Shown piece after piece: positions 14,240 through 27,287 of a stretch of 64,000 bases of DNA. The position numbers and the translations under genes were made by a program. The stretch is from Carcharhinus longimanus. Lineage: Eukaryota. Location: positions 22,091,319 through 22,155,318 of the forward strand of contig JASCQW010000150.1 in assembly GCA_030264375.1 (NCBI GenBank). The letters are read 5' to 3'. The notes beneath the pieces are model-generated. The model made no database searches. It worked only from the letters and a program-made list of their open reading frames with translations, and was not told where the DNA came from. The first letter of the stretch is position 1. Each line of letters begins with the position of its first letter.

Positions 14240-14900
14240 ACAGACACAGAGGGGGCGATCTTACCGGCTCATCACTCAAGGTGACAGAGCAGGTTAAGAG
14301 CATGGTTAATAAAGTATACAGTATCCAAGGCGTTATTAAGAGGGCATAGAATAGAAGAGCAAGGAGGTTATCTTTAACTTGTACAAAACACTGGTTTGGC
14401 ATCAGCTGGAGTGTTGCATTCCAGTTCTATGCACCATATTTTAGGCAACATGGAAGGGCATTAGAGAGAGTGAAAAAAAAATTCACAAGAATGGTTCTAG
14501 GGATGAACAACTTCAGTTACGTGAATAGATTAGAGAAGTTGGCACAGTTCTTATTGCAGAACAGATGTTTGAGGGGAATTTTGATAGAAGTACTCAAACA
14601 TGAGGGTTCGGGACAGGATAGATAGGGAAAAACTGTTCCCACTGACGGAAGGATCAAGAATGAGAGGGCATTGATTTAAAATAGTTGGCAAAAGAAGCAA
14701 TGATGACATGTGCAAAACACTTTTTTCATACAACAAGTGGTTAAGATGCACTGCCTCAGAGTGTGGCGGAAGGAGTTTCAAGCAAGGTATTCAAGAGGGA
14801 ATTGGATTATTCTCTCAAAAAGAAGAAATGTAAATGGTTAAGGGTAGAAGGCAGAGGAATGGAACCCAGATGAATTGTAAGTTTGGAGGGCAAATACGGA
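14240..14900 (+). mobile_element. CR1 LINE 3' fragment
   Basis: Degenerate ORF2 C-terminus (LYKTLV..QLECC), similar to 12560-13230. Confidence 0.75.
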
Positions 14901-15084
14901 CACTATGGCCAGAGCTGCCACCTCGTCTACCATAGAATTGGCATGGGCAACAGTCCAGCAACAGAAATCTCCGTTGACCTCAGGCGGGAATTTCCAGTCT
15001 TGCCTGAGTGAGATTATAAAATCCCGCCCTACAGGTCGAATTGCCCCCTCTTGTGCTGTATTGGTCCAGTGAAGTTGACTCTAT

Positions 15085-15810
15085 TCACTGATGCGATACA
15101 AGTGGCACAGACATATGACAGATGAAATTTAATCCACCGATGTGCATGCTGTTGTGTTTTGGTAGTAAGAACAAGTAAAAGCAACGTAAACTAAAAAGGT
15201 ACAATTCTAAAAGAGGTGCAAGATCAGAGACCTGAGGGGATATGGACATTAACCATTGAAGGGAAAAATATAGAGAACCTTGAATTTTATAGGAACAAAA
15301 TAAATAAACCAAGGAAGTTATGATGTACATTTATAAGTTACAATTTGGCCTTAACAGCAGTATAATAACCAATTCTGAATAACACATTTAGAAGGGTGGC
15401 AAAGGCTTTAGAGAGGGTGCAGAAAAGGTTTACTCTAATGGCTCTAAGGATGAGTTACTTCAGTTACGTGAATAGATTGGAGAAGCTGGGGTTGTTCTTG
15501 TTAAAAAAGAGGATGTTGAGCTGATTTGATAGAGATGCTCAAAATCACAGGAATCTAGACAATAGATAAAGCGAAATTGTTCCCATTGGCAGAAGGACCA
15601 AGAGCCATAGGGCACTGACTTAAAATGACTGGCAAATAAATCAAGAGGCAATATGAGAAAAGCTATTTGTTTCATCCAACAAGGGCCTATAACCAGGAAT
15701 GTACTGCTTGAAAATGTGGTGGAGGCAGATTCTATCATGGCTTTTGAAAAAGAATTGGATAAGGACCAGAAAGGGAAAGAAAATTGCAGGGCAAAAAGGA
15801 ACAATGGGCA
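15085..15810 (+). mobile_element. CR1 LINE 3' fragment
   Basis: WQMKFN motif followed by the same ORF2 C-terminal sequence as the 14240 copy. Confidence 0.75.
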
Positions 15811-16353
15811 AGCTTTCATGCTAACAGTGATCAACCTTTCATACTAAAATACAGCCCACTGTATCATCCAAGACACCAGCCACATGGTACATCATTATAA
15901 TGACCAAAGGGAACAGCTGGAGAGTATACAGTGCAAGTCAAGAATCATGGAAAAGGGACAGAAGTGATAGGTACCGAAGGGATTCCTCCTTCTGCGCAGA
16001 ATATAAATATGGCCATATTTATATAATTTTACATTTCATCATTTTACAATTTTAAGTTGACAGGGCACCCATAAAAATAAACTATTAACTAAGCAACAGT
16101 AAATGAAAATGATAGTGACATGGATGGAATTGTTCACCACTTCAGTACAAGTATTGCCCATTTTTTGGTTTGTATTTTGCAATTTGTAACATCAATGGTT
16201 TCTCCAAGACAAACATAAAGCATGCAAGTAACATTTGTAATATTACTTAGGATAGGAAATCTCAGCTGCCAGTGACGCTCAGGATTTCTGTGACATATTC
16301 CCTGCTTCTCATCCTAATCCTTGGCTTCACATTAATGTTTTTTTTTAAACAAA

Positions 16354-16561
16354 GATGTGGAGATGCCGGCACTGGACTGGGGTGGGCACAGCAAAAAGTC
16401 TCACACCACCATGTTAAAGTCCAACAGGTTTATTTGGTATCATGAGCTTTTGGAGTGCTGCTCCTTCATCAGGTGACTCACCTGATGAAGGAGCGATATT
16501 CCGAAAGCTTGTGATACCAAATAAACCTGCTGGACTTTTACCTGGTCTTGTGAGACTTTTT
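16354..16561. mobile_element. Penelope-type palindromic terminal repeat with hammerhead cores on both strands
   Basis: Inverted arms of about 84 nt (16393-16476 and 16478-16561) centred on 16477. Each arm contains CTGATGA-stem-(G/A)AAA. Confidence 0.75.
16478..16514 (+). ncRNA. Minimal type I hammerhead ribozyme motif
   Basis: UCAC-CUGAUGA-A-GGAG(CGAUA)UUCC-GAAA-GCUU-GUGA: stem I UCAC/GUGA, intact core, palindromic AGCU in place of stem III. Confidence 0.6.
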
Positions 16562-17609
16562 AAAGCAAAGAAAACCTTATCTTTCATTGACAGCTGTTTG
16601 TCAAGCAGCATCCATGCCAGGAAATCTTGAACAAAAATAAGACGAGCTCCCGTTCAATCCACAGCAGCCTAATTTCAGAAAGAGGAACTAAAACAGGGGC
16701 TCAGCCATTACTATGTACTAATAACTGTTTGAAGGAGTCACCAGGAAAGTTTGAAAAATCACCAATTCAAGTTGAAGTTGGCTTATTTCACGTGTCTTTG
16801 GGAACACTGGATAGCCCTCCAAAATTAATCTTTTTGCTCACATTTTCCACTTAGAAAACAGGTATGCCATTGTTAAGTTTGGGAACATAGAAATTGCTAG
16901 ATGTAGAAAAACATGATCCGTCGATGTTCACCATCATCTGGATGGCCATCTGACAATAATAATGGTGATGAACCATGGCTGCATAACTACTTATAAATTC
17001 AAGTTTTCTCTGCCTTTGATTTGTCCAGGACAGCCAACAGGAAGAAGTATATATCCCGCCATCAACCTGATTACTCTATAGAGTTATATTTATTTTTAAA
17101 AATGGACAATGCTTTAACCTGACTAGCCATGAGTCATATCAGAGGAATTTCTAAGTTTCAGACAAACAGCAGCGTCTTGTTATCTCTTTAAAAAAAAAGT
17201 GCTAACGTGCCTTCCTTGAACTGCCCAAAGTCTCTTTACATTTCTACAGCAGAGCTCCAGCCACTGGCGATGGTACATCTGCGCTAGCCAGGTATGGTCA
17301 AAGGCAGCTGTTTAGGACTCCTAATCTTCAATGTGGTGTTAATGGCCTGTTCCCTGCTCTGAAATAAAATGGGCTTAAACTGGAGCCTTGTTAGTTATTC
17401 CAAACACCTCATTACACGATCGACACTTGAGCTGAATGAATTCCTTCAATTAATAAGCTTTTGGATCTCATCATCAGTCACTGTTTGATCTTTGAAAGAA
17501 ACAGTCCTCCAGGCAAGCAGCCTGCATGTGTCTACCATCTTACTATGAGCAGGTAGCAACAGAGAGAAATCTGTCCCTCATCTACAGAGTGAACTACTGG
17601 AAATCGTGC

Positions 17610-19585
17610 CTTCAAAACAAAGGCTGAAGCATTCACAGCAATCTTCAGCAGAACAGCTGACTGGATGATCCATCTTGGCCTCCTCCAGTGGTCCCCAGCA
17701 TCTCAGATGCTAGTCTCCAGCCAATTAAATTCACTCCACTTGATATCAAGAAGCAGTTGGAAGCATAGGATACTGCAAAGGCAACGGGCCCTAATAACAT
17801 TCCGGTAATAGTACTGAAGACTTGTGCTCCAGAACTTGCTGCTCCCCTAGTCAAGCTCTTCAACTACAGTTACAATATTGGGTCTACCCAATAATGTGGA
17901 AAATTGCCCAGGTATGTCCTGTACACAGAAAGCAGGACAAATCCAACTCAATTACTGCTCAGTTTACTCTTGTTCATCAGTAAAGTGATGGAAGGGGTCA
18001 TCAGCAGTGCTATCAAGCGGCACCTTCTCAGCAATAACCTGCTCAGTGATGCCTAGTTTGGACTTCACCAGGGTCACTTAGCTCCTGACCTCATTACAGC
18101 CTTCGTTCAAACATGGATACAAGAGCTGAATTCCAGAGGCGAGGTGAGAGTGACAGCCCTTGACATCAAGGCTGCATTCGACCGAGTGCGACATCAAGGA
18201 GCCCTAGCGAAACTGAAATCAATGGGTATCAGGGGGCAAACTCTTCACTTGTTGGAGTCATACCTGGTACATAGGAAGATGGTTGTGATTGTGGAGGGTC
18301 AGTCATCTCAACTCCAGGACCTATCTGCAGGAGTCTCTCAGGGTAGTGTCCTAGGCCCAACCATCTTCATCTGCTTCACCAATGACCTTCTCTCCATCAT
18401 AAGGTCAGAAGTGGGGATGTTTGCTGATGGTTACACAATGTTCAGCACCGTTCACGACTCCTCAGGTACTGAAGCAGTCCAAGTTCAAATGCAACAGGAC
18501 CTGGACAATATCCAGGCTTGAGCCGACAAGTGGCAAGCAACATTCACACCACACAAACACCAGGCAATGACCATCATCAATAAGGCACTCTAACCACCAC
18601 CCCTTGACATTCAATGGTGTTACGATCACTGAATCCCCCATTGTCAATTGGGGTTCCAATTGACCAGAAACTCAACTGGACTTGCCACATAAACACACTG
18701 GCTACAAGAACAGGTCAGAGACTATGAATACTGCAATGACTAACTCACCTCCTGACTCCCCCAAGCCTGTCCACCATCTATCTACAAGGCACAAGTCAGG
18801 GGTGTGGTGGAATACTCCACACTTGCCTGGAACACTCAAGAAGCTTGACACCATCCAGGACAAAGCAGCCAGCTTGATTGGCACCACATCCACTAACACC
18901 CACTCCCTCCACCACCAACACTCAGTAGCAGCAATGTGTGCTATCTACAAGATGCACTGCATGAGTTCACCAAAGAGCCTTAGACAACACCTTCCAAACC
19001 CACGACCACTTCCATCGAGAAGGACAAGGGCAGCAGATACCTGGGAACACCTCCACCTGCAAGTTCCCCTCCAAGCCACTCACCTCCTGATTTGGAAATA
19101 TATCACCGTTCCTTTGCANNNNNNNNNNNNNNNNNNNNNNNNNNNNNNNNNNNNNNNNNNNNNNNNNNNNNNNNNNNNNNNNNNNNNNNNNNNNNNNNNN
19201 NNNNNNNNNNNNNNNNNNAGCAGCAGTGTGTACTATCTACAAGATACACTGCAGCAATTCACCAAAGATCCTTAGACAGCACCTTCCAAACCCACAACCA
19301 CTTCCATCTAAAAGGACAAAGACAGCAGATAAATGGGAAGATCACCACCTGCAAGTTCCTCTCCAAGCCACTCACCATCCTGATTTGGAAATACATCGGC
19401 GTTCCTTGCAATCACTGGATCAAAATCCTGGATTCCCTCCCTAACCACGTTGTGGGTCAACCCACAGAACATGGGCTGCAGCGATTCAAGAAGGCAGCTC
19501 ACCACCAACTTCTCAAGGGCAACTAGGGATGGGCAATAAATACTGGCCAGCCAGTGACACCCATGTCCCACAATGAATAAAACAA
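17610..19585 (+). mobile_element. Non-LTR retrotransposon (CR1/L2 group), RT region and 3' end, degenerate
   Basis: ALDIKAAFDRV, GVSQGSVLGP and MFADG(D) RT motifs in ORF 18144..18521. 3' tail GGGCAACTAGGGATGGGCAATAAA. Interrupted by an N gap, with diverged repeated segments on either side. Confidence 0.88.
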
Positions 19586-21234
19586 AAAATTCAATACATG
19601 CATTCTCCCATCATGGAAGTCCTTACTTCTGGATCACCCTGAAACAGTCAGGCAACTAGCCTGAGAAGGAATATGCCATTAGACATTTTATTCTGAACTT
19701 GCATAAAATCCTAATTTGAGTTTTTATCATTGTTTTGCCTATACCCCTTTCTTTCCCTCGTCCCTCTTTTATTGTACGAGTACAAAAGGGGTGGATATGT
19801 GAAACACCCTTTCCCATGTATCTTATCTCAAATTTGCTGAGAGAGTCATCTATAGAGGATTGGAACACTCCAAATTGAAGACTAGCAGAAAATATGCCAT
19901 CATTTATAAGAGGAAATCAAAATCAAAAACATCTATCTGTTTACAGATCGGGACTGAGTAAAGATTAGGGCTGTTTAAATTAATCTCTTTTCTGTCTGTA
20001 CCAGTTTACACAAAAAAAAACCCCAAAAAAGTTGAGACTGGGTTTGATTTGTCAGCTTCACCTAATGCTACATGTATACTGTTTCACTGAAACTCTGCAA
20101 GGTCTAAGGGCATTCCTTATGGTTTCTGCTCATCTTACTCAGCATGCAAAGGCCTCTTTGTGAAACATGCAACACATGACAATGACTCAAACAATTCATT
20201 GTGACTCATGCTATGAGGCATCCACATTTGTTTAACACTTCAAAGATATACTCCACTTTGTGACTTCCATTAGAAAGTGCCTCATTATAAGCTTTTGTGA
20301 CAAGTAAAGGGATTCAGCATGTGGTCAATGCCTCCTGCAGAAATCTATTTTACATTTAAAATAGTTGCAAAACTTTTGATTCTATCAAGGTGCGAGCTTG
20401 CCCAGAAGTGAGTTGTTATTTGCATGGCTTTACACCTGTGATCACATACCATCAGCATGTTACGTGAAAATTTACCTGATCAAATGCTCAAAGTGAAGAT
20501 GCTGTGGTGCATTGAAAAAAGACAATAGATGTTGCCCTGTAATCAAGGAATGCCAGACAACAATACAATTGTTTGGCCGATCTAAACTTACATGATAGTC
20601 GAACAGTAAGTATGGCGAACAAATCTAAAAGATCATAGCTGTGTTACAACTGCAGTAGCGTAGTGAATTGAACTGTATAATGATTTCATGTGCAACCGCA
20701 GGAGGTGTGACACCTGCCGCTTTATCTTCTTCTTCTCCAAAGCAGCATACACTCCTTCCAGGTGAAATANNNNNNNNNNNNNNNNNNNNNNNNNNNNNNN
20801 NNNNNNNNNNNNNNNNNNNNNNNNNNNNNNNNNNNNNNNNNNNNNNNNNNNNNNNNNNNNNNNNNNNNNNNNNNNNNNNNNNNNNNNNNNNNNNNNNNNN
20901 NNNNNNNNNNNNNNNNNNNNNNNNNNNNNNNNNNNNNNNNNNNNNNNNNNNNNNNNNNNNNNNNNNNNNNNNNNNNNNNNNNNNNNNNNNNNNNNNNNNN
21001 NNNNNNNNNNNNNNNNNNNNNNNNNNNNNNNNNNNNNNNNNNNNNNNNNNNNNNNNNNNNNNNNNNNNNNNNNNNNNNNNNNNNNNNNNNNNNNNNNNNN
21101 NNNNNNNNNNNNNNNNNNNNNNNNNNNNNNNNNNNNNNNNNNNNNNNNNNNNNNNNNNNNNNNNNNNNNNNNNNNNNNNNNNNNNNNNNNNNNNNNNNNN
21201 NNNNNNNNTTTTATTCTGCTATTAACACCTAATC

Positions 21235-21490
21235 AGGACCAAAGCTTTACTATCATTACCACTCCTTTTGTTTCCTATTCCATGACATCTGTCGTTTAAT
21301 CTCTTTTGCCTTCTTAACCTATTCCTAACCTATTTTGAGTCATCTACCCCTCACCTCAGCATAAAACCCATCATATTTCTACTTCTCTCTACTTCCTAAG
21401 CATATTGGACTCAAAATATTAACGCTGTTTCTTCCTCGATAGATTTTGCTAGTCCTCCTGAGTGTTTCCAGCATTTTCTGTTTTTATTAT
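21235..21490 (+). mobile_element. Degenerate Penelope-type terminal repeat (second family)
   Basis: ...CTGTTTCTTCC...CCTGAGTGTTTCCAGCATTTTCTGTTTTTATT; a related inverted copy lies at about 52265-52425. Confidence 0.45.
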
Positions 21491-21779
21491 ATACAAGACT
21501 GATCCTGATTATATTTCCAAGTCGTGTTAGGAAAGGCTAAATTATCTAGACCTAAATATAGTATGCCCTTTAACTTTCACTGATTTTTACTATCTGGATG
21601 CTACTCCCTGGTGTGGAAGCTAACACATTGTGAGATGTTTTCTCGTTTAAGTATATTCTTCCCAAACACAAATATTTTAAATGTCTTGGGTATACAGTAC
21701 CCTGATGCTCCAGGTTCTGTGCCATTGAATAGGAAGTCTTTTACCTATGTTGGCCTGTCAGATGTTCAACAGACTTAAT

Positions 21780-22110
21780 TATAGAACATAGAACACCACA
21801 GCACAAATAGGCCCTTCGGCCCACAAGTTGCGCCGATCACATCTATACCTACCAAGCCACAGAANNNNNNNNNNNNNNNNNNNNNNNNNNNNNNNNNNNN
21901 NNNNNNNNNNNNNNNNNNNNNNNNNNNNNNNNNNNNNNNNNNNNNNNNNNNNNNNNNNNNNNNNACATCTCCTCTGTACTTGCTTCCCAGCACCTTAAAC
22001 CTGTGTCCTCTTGTAGCGACCATTTCAGCCCTGGGAAATAGTCTCCGAGAATCCACCCTATCTATTCCTCTCAACATCTTACAAACCTCTATCAGGTCGC
22101 CTCTCAACCT
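21780..22110 (-). mobile_element. CR1 LINE 3' fragment
   Basis: RLRGDLIEV.KMLRGIDRVD...TRGHRFK in ORF 21775..22158, with a CR1 tail. Confidence 0.85.
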
Positions 22111-23363
22111 TATGCACTCATGCAGTTTCACATTCTTGTTGTAAACAACCATAACCAAAAATTATGATAATGAAGCGTTCCATTTGCTGCCATAAATCTT
22201 GATTTTATGCAGTTATCATAACTTAAAAATAGCAACTCTTCAAAATATGCAATTTTAAGCACAAGTACTGCTTCACAAATAAACAACTTTGATGCATGAT
22301 CACTTACTCTCTCATCTCCAATTCCAAGCTACATCCAGGGATCTTGGATTTATTCCAAGAGGTCATCCATTCTTTAAATGCTGCATCAACAATTAAGCAT
22401 CCTTTATCTTATTACTTTATGAAGTTACTTGGAGTATTAAAATTTATTTCTAAAACATATCTCTGGGCATTTTTTTTTAAAATTTTATATCTGCAAAGTC
22501 TATTTTAATACTTTAACAAGTAAGTAAATTAATGTTGATTTTTCAATGAATTCATCTATTTGCTTTGTTACTAACCATTACTGATTGACTCCCCTTATAA
22601 TTCACCCTATAATTTCAGTTGGCAGAAGATGTAATACAACATTCTTTACACAAAGTAAAACATTTGTTCAGGGTTTGGAAATTTTTAAATTCTGCTGATG
22701 CAAGTATTTGAACTTGAGTAGAAGTTTTACACTGACATCACACAGAGAAGGCTAGTACGGGCTTTGGGGCCAGACTGAAGGACTGAATAAACAAACTAAT
22801 AAGCAATAAAAAGTTCTGATAGAGGCAGTGCAAACAAAAAAGATGGCAAAATATCTTAAAAAAATATAATCAGAAAAACAATAGAAAGTGAAGCAATATT
22901 TAAGAGCTTTGGTTTCTAATTTGCTGTGTATATTTGTAAAATATCAATCACTTTATTAGAATTTTGTACAGAAACTTTTTTAAAAAAAATATACATTGTG
23001 AACTTCTTAAAACAAAAGTTACATTGCATTCAACCATCCTGAAAGTAGAATAAAGCAAGTTTGGCTTCTTGGTAACTGCAAGACAGAGCTTTGGGGAGAA
23101 GTATATTTTATACGTGGTTGTTTACATTTAATGTATTTAACTATGTTTTATGAGGTAGAATGAAGATTTTATGTGCAGGACCAGGTCAAGTGCTTGTGGA
23201 ATTAAAATGTTATTCATTAATTAAAAACATGCCACATGTTAGAAACCAAAGCCTTTCAGCCTAGTACTGAACCCAGAGGCCCGTGTAATGCTGCGAACAA
23301 AACTAGCTGCATGTTGATATTGTAACGCCCTCCCTTGAATATAGCAGTCAAGGATTTTCTCAC

Positions 23364-23451
23364 CAGGTCGCTGACCAGTGGGAGGGATTTACGCCGAGGC
23401 TTAATGTCAGGCATGCTGTCAATGCTACGCAGAAATTTAACCGCTGCTCCC
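23364..23451 (-). CDS. UNC13A: UNC13A alternative exon B (GAAVKFLRSIDSMPDIKPRRKSLPLVSDL)
   Basis: Acceptor CTGTAG|G after a long U-rich tract and donor CTG|GTGAGA. 88 nt, phase 2-0, open frame. Paralogous to the adjacent exon at 23624-23702. Confidence 0.88.
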
Positions 23452-23623
23452 CTACAGTTTTAAGTGAAACAAAAGACAAAAGAAAACAAAACAAAAGTAA
23501 ACATACATAAAAAAAAAGGAACAGAGAGAATTACTGGCAAGCAAGGCAACAGGCACAATTCCATGACTATCAGATGTCTCAGTGCATAGTGGCAGGTCAC
23601 TGTGGAGAAAAGAGATGTCTCAC

Positions 23624-23702
23624 CAAATCACTAACAAGATTTTTGGGTTTTTTCTTTCGAAGATCTGGCATACTGTCAATACTGTAAAGCCCACCGCCAG
23701 GC
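23624..23702 (-). CDS. UNC13A: UNC13A alternative exon A ([26 protein letters not shown])
   Basis: Acceptor CTTTTCTAG|G and donor TTG|GTGAGA. 79 nt, phase 2-0. Continues LWFKGG-PGGGL as in mammalian Munc13-1. Confidence 0.92.
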
Positions 23703-26700
23703 CTAGAAAAGATAGCAATAGTACAGTGAAGTATGTGCACACAGTGGGGAAAAGAACTCCTTGAGGCCTAGCCAATAATCATGTACAATACAGAACAAAA
23801 TGTAAACAATATTACCAAAACTGCATACTGTATTTATTGAGATAAAGAAATGAAAACACATGCATTTCTCAAATCTCTTTTTTAGGTATTGAAGGGGCAC
23901 ATTGTCAATAATTACTCTGCAAATTTTTATTTTGATCAAGGAGGAGAGAAACTCGTCCAATTTAAAGTGGTATTTACTAGTTAAAATACATTTTTCAATA
24001 TTGATTTCCAGATTTTCCTTATACCATCTTTCCAGATTCATCTAAGAGTCTCACATAAAGTAATACTGAACAAAAATAAATTTATAGAAATTGGTCAGTT
24101 TTATTTTGAACTCAAAGTTGCCATCCACATTTTAGTATGTAACCTCCTCAATTACTTTGCAATGCAAGTTTATTTTGTAACTTTGTTAATTGCTGCTAAA
24201 GCTTCAGTGTATTCAGAACAGACAACAGCATATTTGCATACCAAACTCTATTTGTAGGTAAATCAAATTACTTAAAATAACCAATATTATAAACTACCAT
24301 CCCATTTATCCTAATGTTTTGATAATTCCTTCATTTGTTTTAAGCTTCAAAACATCATCCAGCATTACTTTGCCAGTCCAGAAAGGCCAAAGTTTCCATT
24401 CTAACACAGCCCATCCAATTGATGGGTCATTAAAATAATGGGATCAATGCACGTTCTATGTTTGGAGTGCATGGGCACTTTAAATGATTTTGTCCGGTCA
24501 CACGGCAAAATATACCCTAAATATCATTAACTACATCATCTGAAATAAAATGCCTGTTTTTGACTGAGTATTTGAGTGATCATCTTGCTGTTATTTCTCA
24601 TCCTCACATATGTACACACCATCACAGTGTTTAGTTTCAAAACTCACTGGTTATATGGAGTAGGAGCTCAACATAAAGTATGAGATATACAAATGTGTTT
24701 TTTTATTGCGCAAACTTTCACTCAAGTGTTTAGTAAGACACAATCTTCTAGGAAGGGCCAAATGCACGTGATACTTGGCACACCAATCAATATCTTCTTC
24801 TATAACATGGTGAACAGGAACTAACTCACTCACTTGTATGCTTTGACAACTTAGGTCATGTAATGCAATCATTCATCAAGTCTCAACTGAGCACTAAGCA
24901 TACATTCACACAGTGTCTTTAATATGATTGTAGCTGTTCTATGTGCCATAAGTGGACATGATGCCCAAATGATGGGTATTTGAACCATGGAGTTAAAATT
25001 TGTGAGCTTCTTCATACATTCAAATGAATGGAACTTAAGTGCACAAATAAATCCTTAAAAGCCATAAATCATGTTCTCTTTACTTAGGCACTGTAGCCAT
25101 ACCAAGCATTTGGAGCAGCTTGAGGCAATTATGTTTCTATATAGAATTTATGTAGGGCAGTTAATGCAATACTTATGAGGTAGTACCCGTGTGTGTGTGT
25201 TTTATCCTCAAATGAGTCTTTCTAGAGTGCCTAACAACATCGGCCAGTTGTCCTTTTCCACGTAACAATGGTTATGGTAGGCTGGCCAAAGTTAATTTCT
25301 CCCCTTCATGAAGGGCCAGAAGTTGAAAACTGTTGCTGGTCATTAGACACTATTCCTTTTGATTTAAGTGGTGTCTACCAACCCTCACCTCCACATGGCC
25401 CTTCAACAATGTGATGATTCTGGTTTTGGGTCCCATGTGCTCTTGCTTTCAGGACTACTCCCTAAAAAGTCTAAAGGTCAGTTAGTTGTGTGTGCACATG
25501 TGCTTGTAAACAAATCTGGGAGGGTCTCTCCTCTGGAAGCACATTCAAAGTTTCTGAACCCTTTGCCAAAAGATGCAAGTCAATCAAATGCCACAGACTA
25601 TTGTCACTACAATGGGAGTGGCAATATTTATCAAAAAGTAAAATTCACATCAGAGAATTGCTCATCTATCTTTCCAATTTTCAGAAAAATTGCATCAAAG
25701 CACATCTTCACACTTTATGGATATTTAATTAGCATTTTCTGGGATGTAGGAAGATCAAGCTTAAGCCATGTTTTACGATTGTAAGGATGGCAAAACTGTT
25801 AGCATTCACCATTGTAAAACTGTTAGCAATTTCTGGCATCCACAAATGTAGGTAAATGCAGAAGTCCTCAATTCCCTGCTCCTCTTCAGGCTGTACTGCT
25901 GAAGGCCTTGCTGATGGAAATCAATTAAAAATTGCTAATTTGACATGAAATCCCACTTTTTATGCCATAAGTCTCACTGGATGCACCTTTGAAATTATTA
26001 CACCTTGTTGAATGAGCTGTAACTTTGCTTTCCAAAGACATAAAGTCACAATTATTATTGAACAACCTTTCTGGTCCTGAAAAGCTAATTGTCTATTTGC
26101 GTAATGTCAAAGTTTTAATCATTGTTCAACATTACATAATTTTTTAAAATATTTTTTATTTGAAGTTTATGGTATTTCAGCTTCTACCTTCATTGAAGCA
26201 CATGTCCTAATCTTTAATTTTCTTTCTACACTATTATAGTAAATAAATGTAAAAAACCTACTTGTTACTTCCTGGTTTAATATCTTGGAAAATCTTTCAA
26301 TTGTTATGTCCAGAAGACATATGTATGTCTATGTTATCCTGCTACTTCACATTTTTTTTAAATTTAAAGCCTTTTAAAAAAAGGCTTTACACTGACTGAA
26401 ACCTGACACCAAGACTCTCACAAAAGGAATTTCAAGCCTGCAGAAAACTGCAAGAATCACATTATCCCTAAAGATGCACCAATGCACCCTGTGGCCACAA
26501 AAATTAAATTGCAAGAAAATACACAAAGACCCTTTACATTTCTAAGGCAGAGCTCTGAACAATGGAGACAATACGTTAGCAAGGACAATGGGACCCTGAA
26601 AATTCTGAAATTTATTAATACAATATTAGCCATCTCAAGAATCCAAATCAGGATTTTGGGCAAACCCAGGGGAAAAGTGGTAGTTTTGTTACATGAGCCA

Positions 26701-26778
26701 ACCCCCCTCCTCCAAGTTGCTAGAACCTGTAATGTTGCCTTACGGAGCTGAACAAAGGCACTCTGCCACCTTCTACCA

Positions 26779-26885
26779 AGTAAGAAGTTTCACAACGCCA
26801 GGTTAAAGTCCAACAGGTTTATCTGGTAGCACAAGCCACTAGCTTTCAGAGCACTGTCCTTTCATCAGATGAGTCTCCACATCAT
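26779..26885 (-). mobile_element. Penelope-type repeat arm with a degenerate hammerhead core
   Basis: Minus strand reads TCAT-CTGATGA-AAGGACAGTGCTCT-GAAA-GCTA-GTGG; same family as the 16354 copy. Confidence 0.65.
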
Positions 26886-26908
26886 CCTCACCTTCTACCA
26901 AAGCAGAA

Positions 26909-27057
26909 GCAGAAAGTGAATTCTGTTCAGATTAATTTACCTGGTTTTTATCTACTCTCTTTAATACTGGAACATCTGAACTTCTGTACCAGTGCCTACT
27001 GCATCGCCACATGTTTCTCACATTATGGAAATCACTGCTACTGGAAAAGTGGATTAC
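26909..27057 (+). repeat. Copy 1 of an inverted repeat of about 150 bp
   Basis: Highly similar to the reverse complement of 28885-29034; both ORF-track peptides share YLLSLILEHLNFCT.AYCIATCFSHYGN. Confidence 0.85.
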
Positions 27058-27233
27058 CCCACATTAGGTTCAGCCATTCTTATGAAATACACATTGGGCT
27101 TTCAAGTAAAGACCCTGGACACGTGAAAGAATAATTCTGATTTTATCCACAGTCTTTGCCCAGAACTTCTTTCTTTCCATTACCCCTCTTTTATTGTGAA
27201 TGTACTGGGGCTAAATTTCAAACCGCCCTCAGG

Positions 27234-27237
<4 letters not shown>

Positions 27238-27287
<50 letters not shown>

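Noticed and set aside
18925-19410. Repeated LINE segment across a gap as an assembly overlap artefact
   Set aside because: The two segments differ at many positions, so they are distinct copies or a misjoin rather than a simple overlap.
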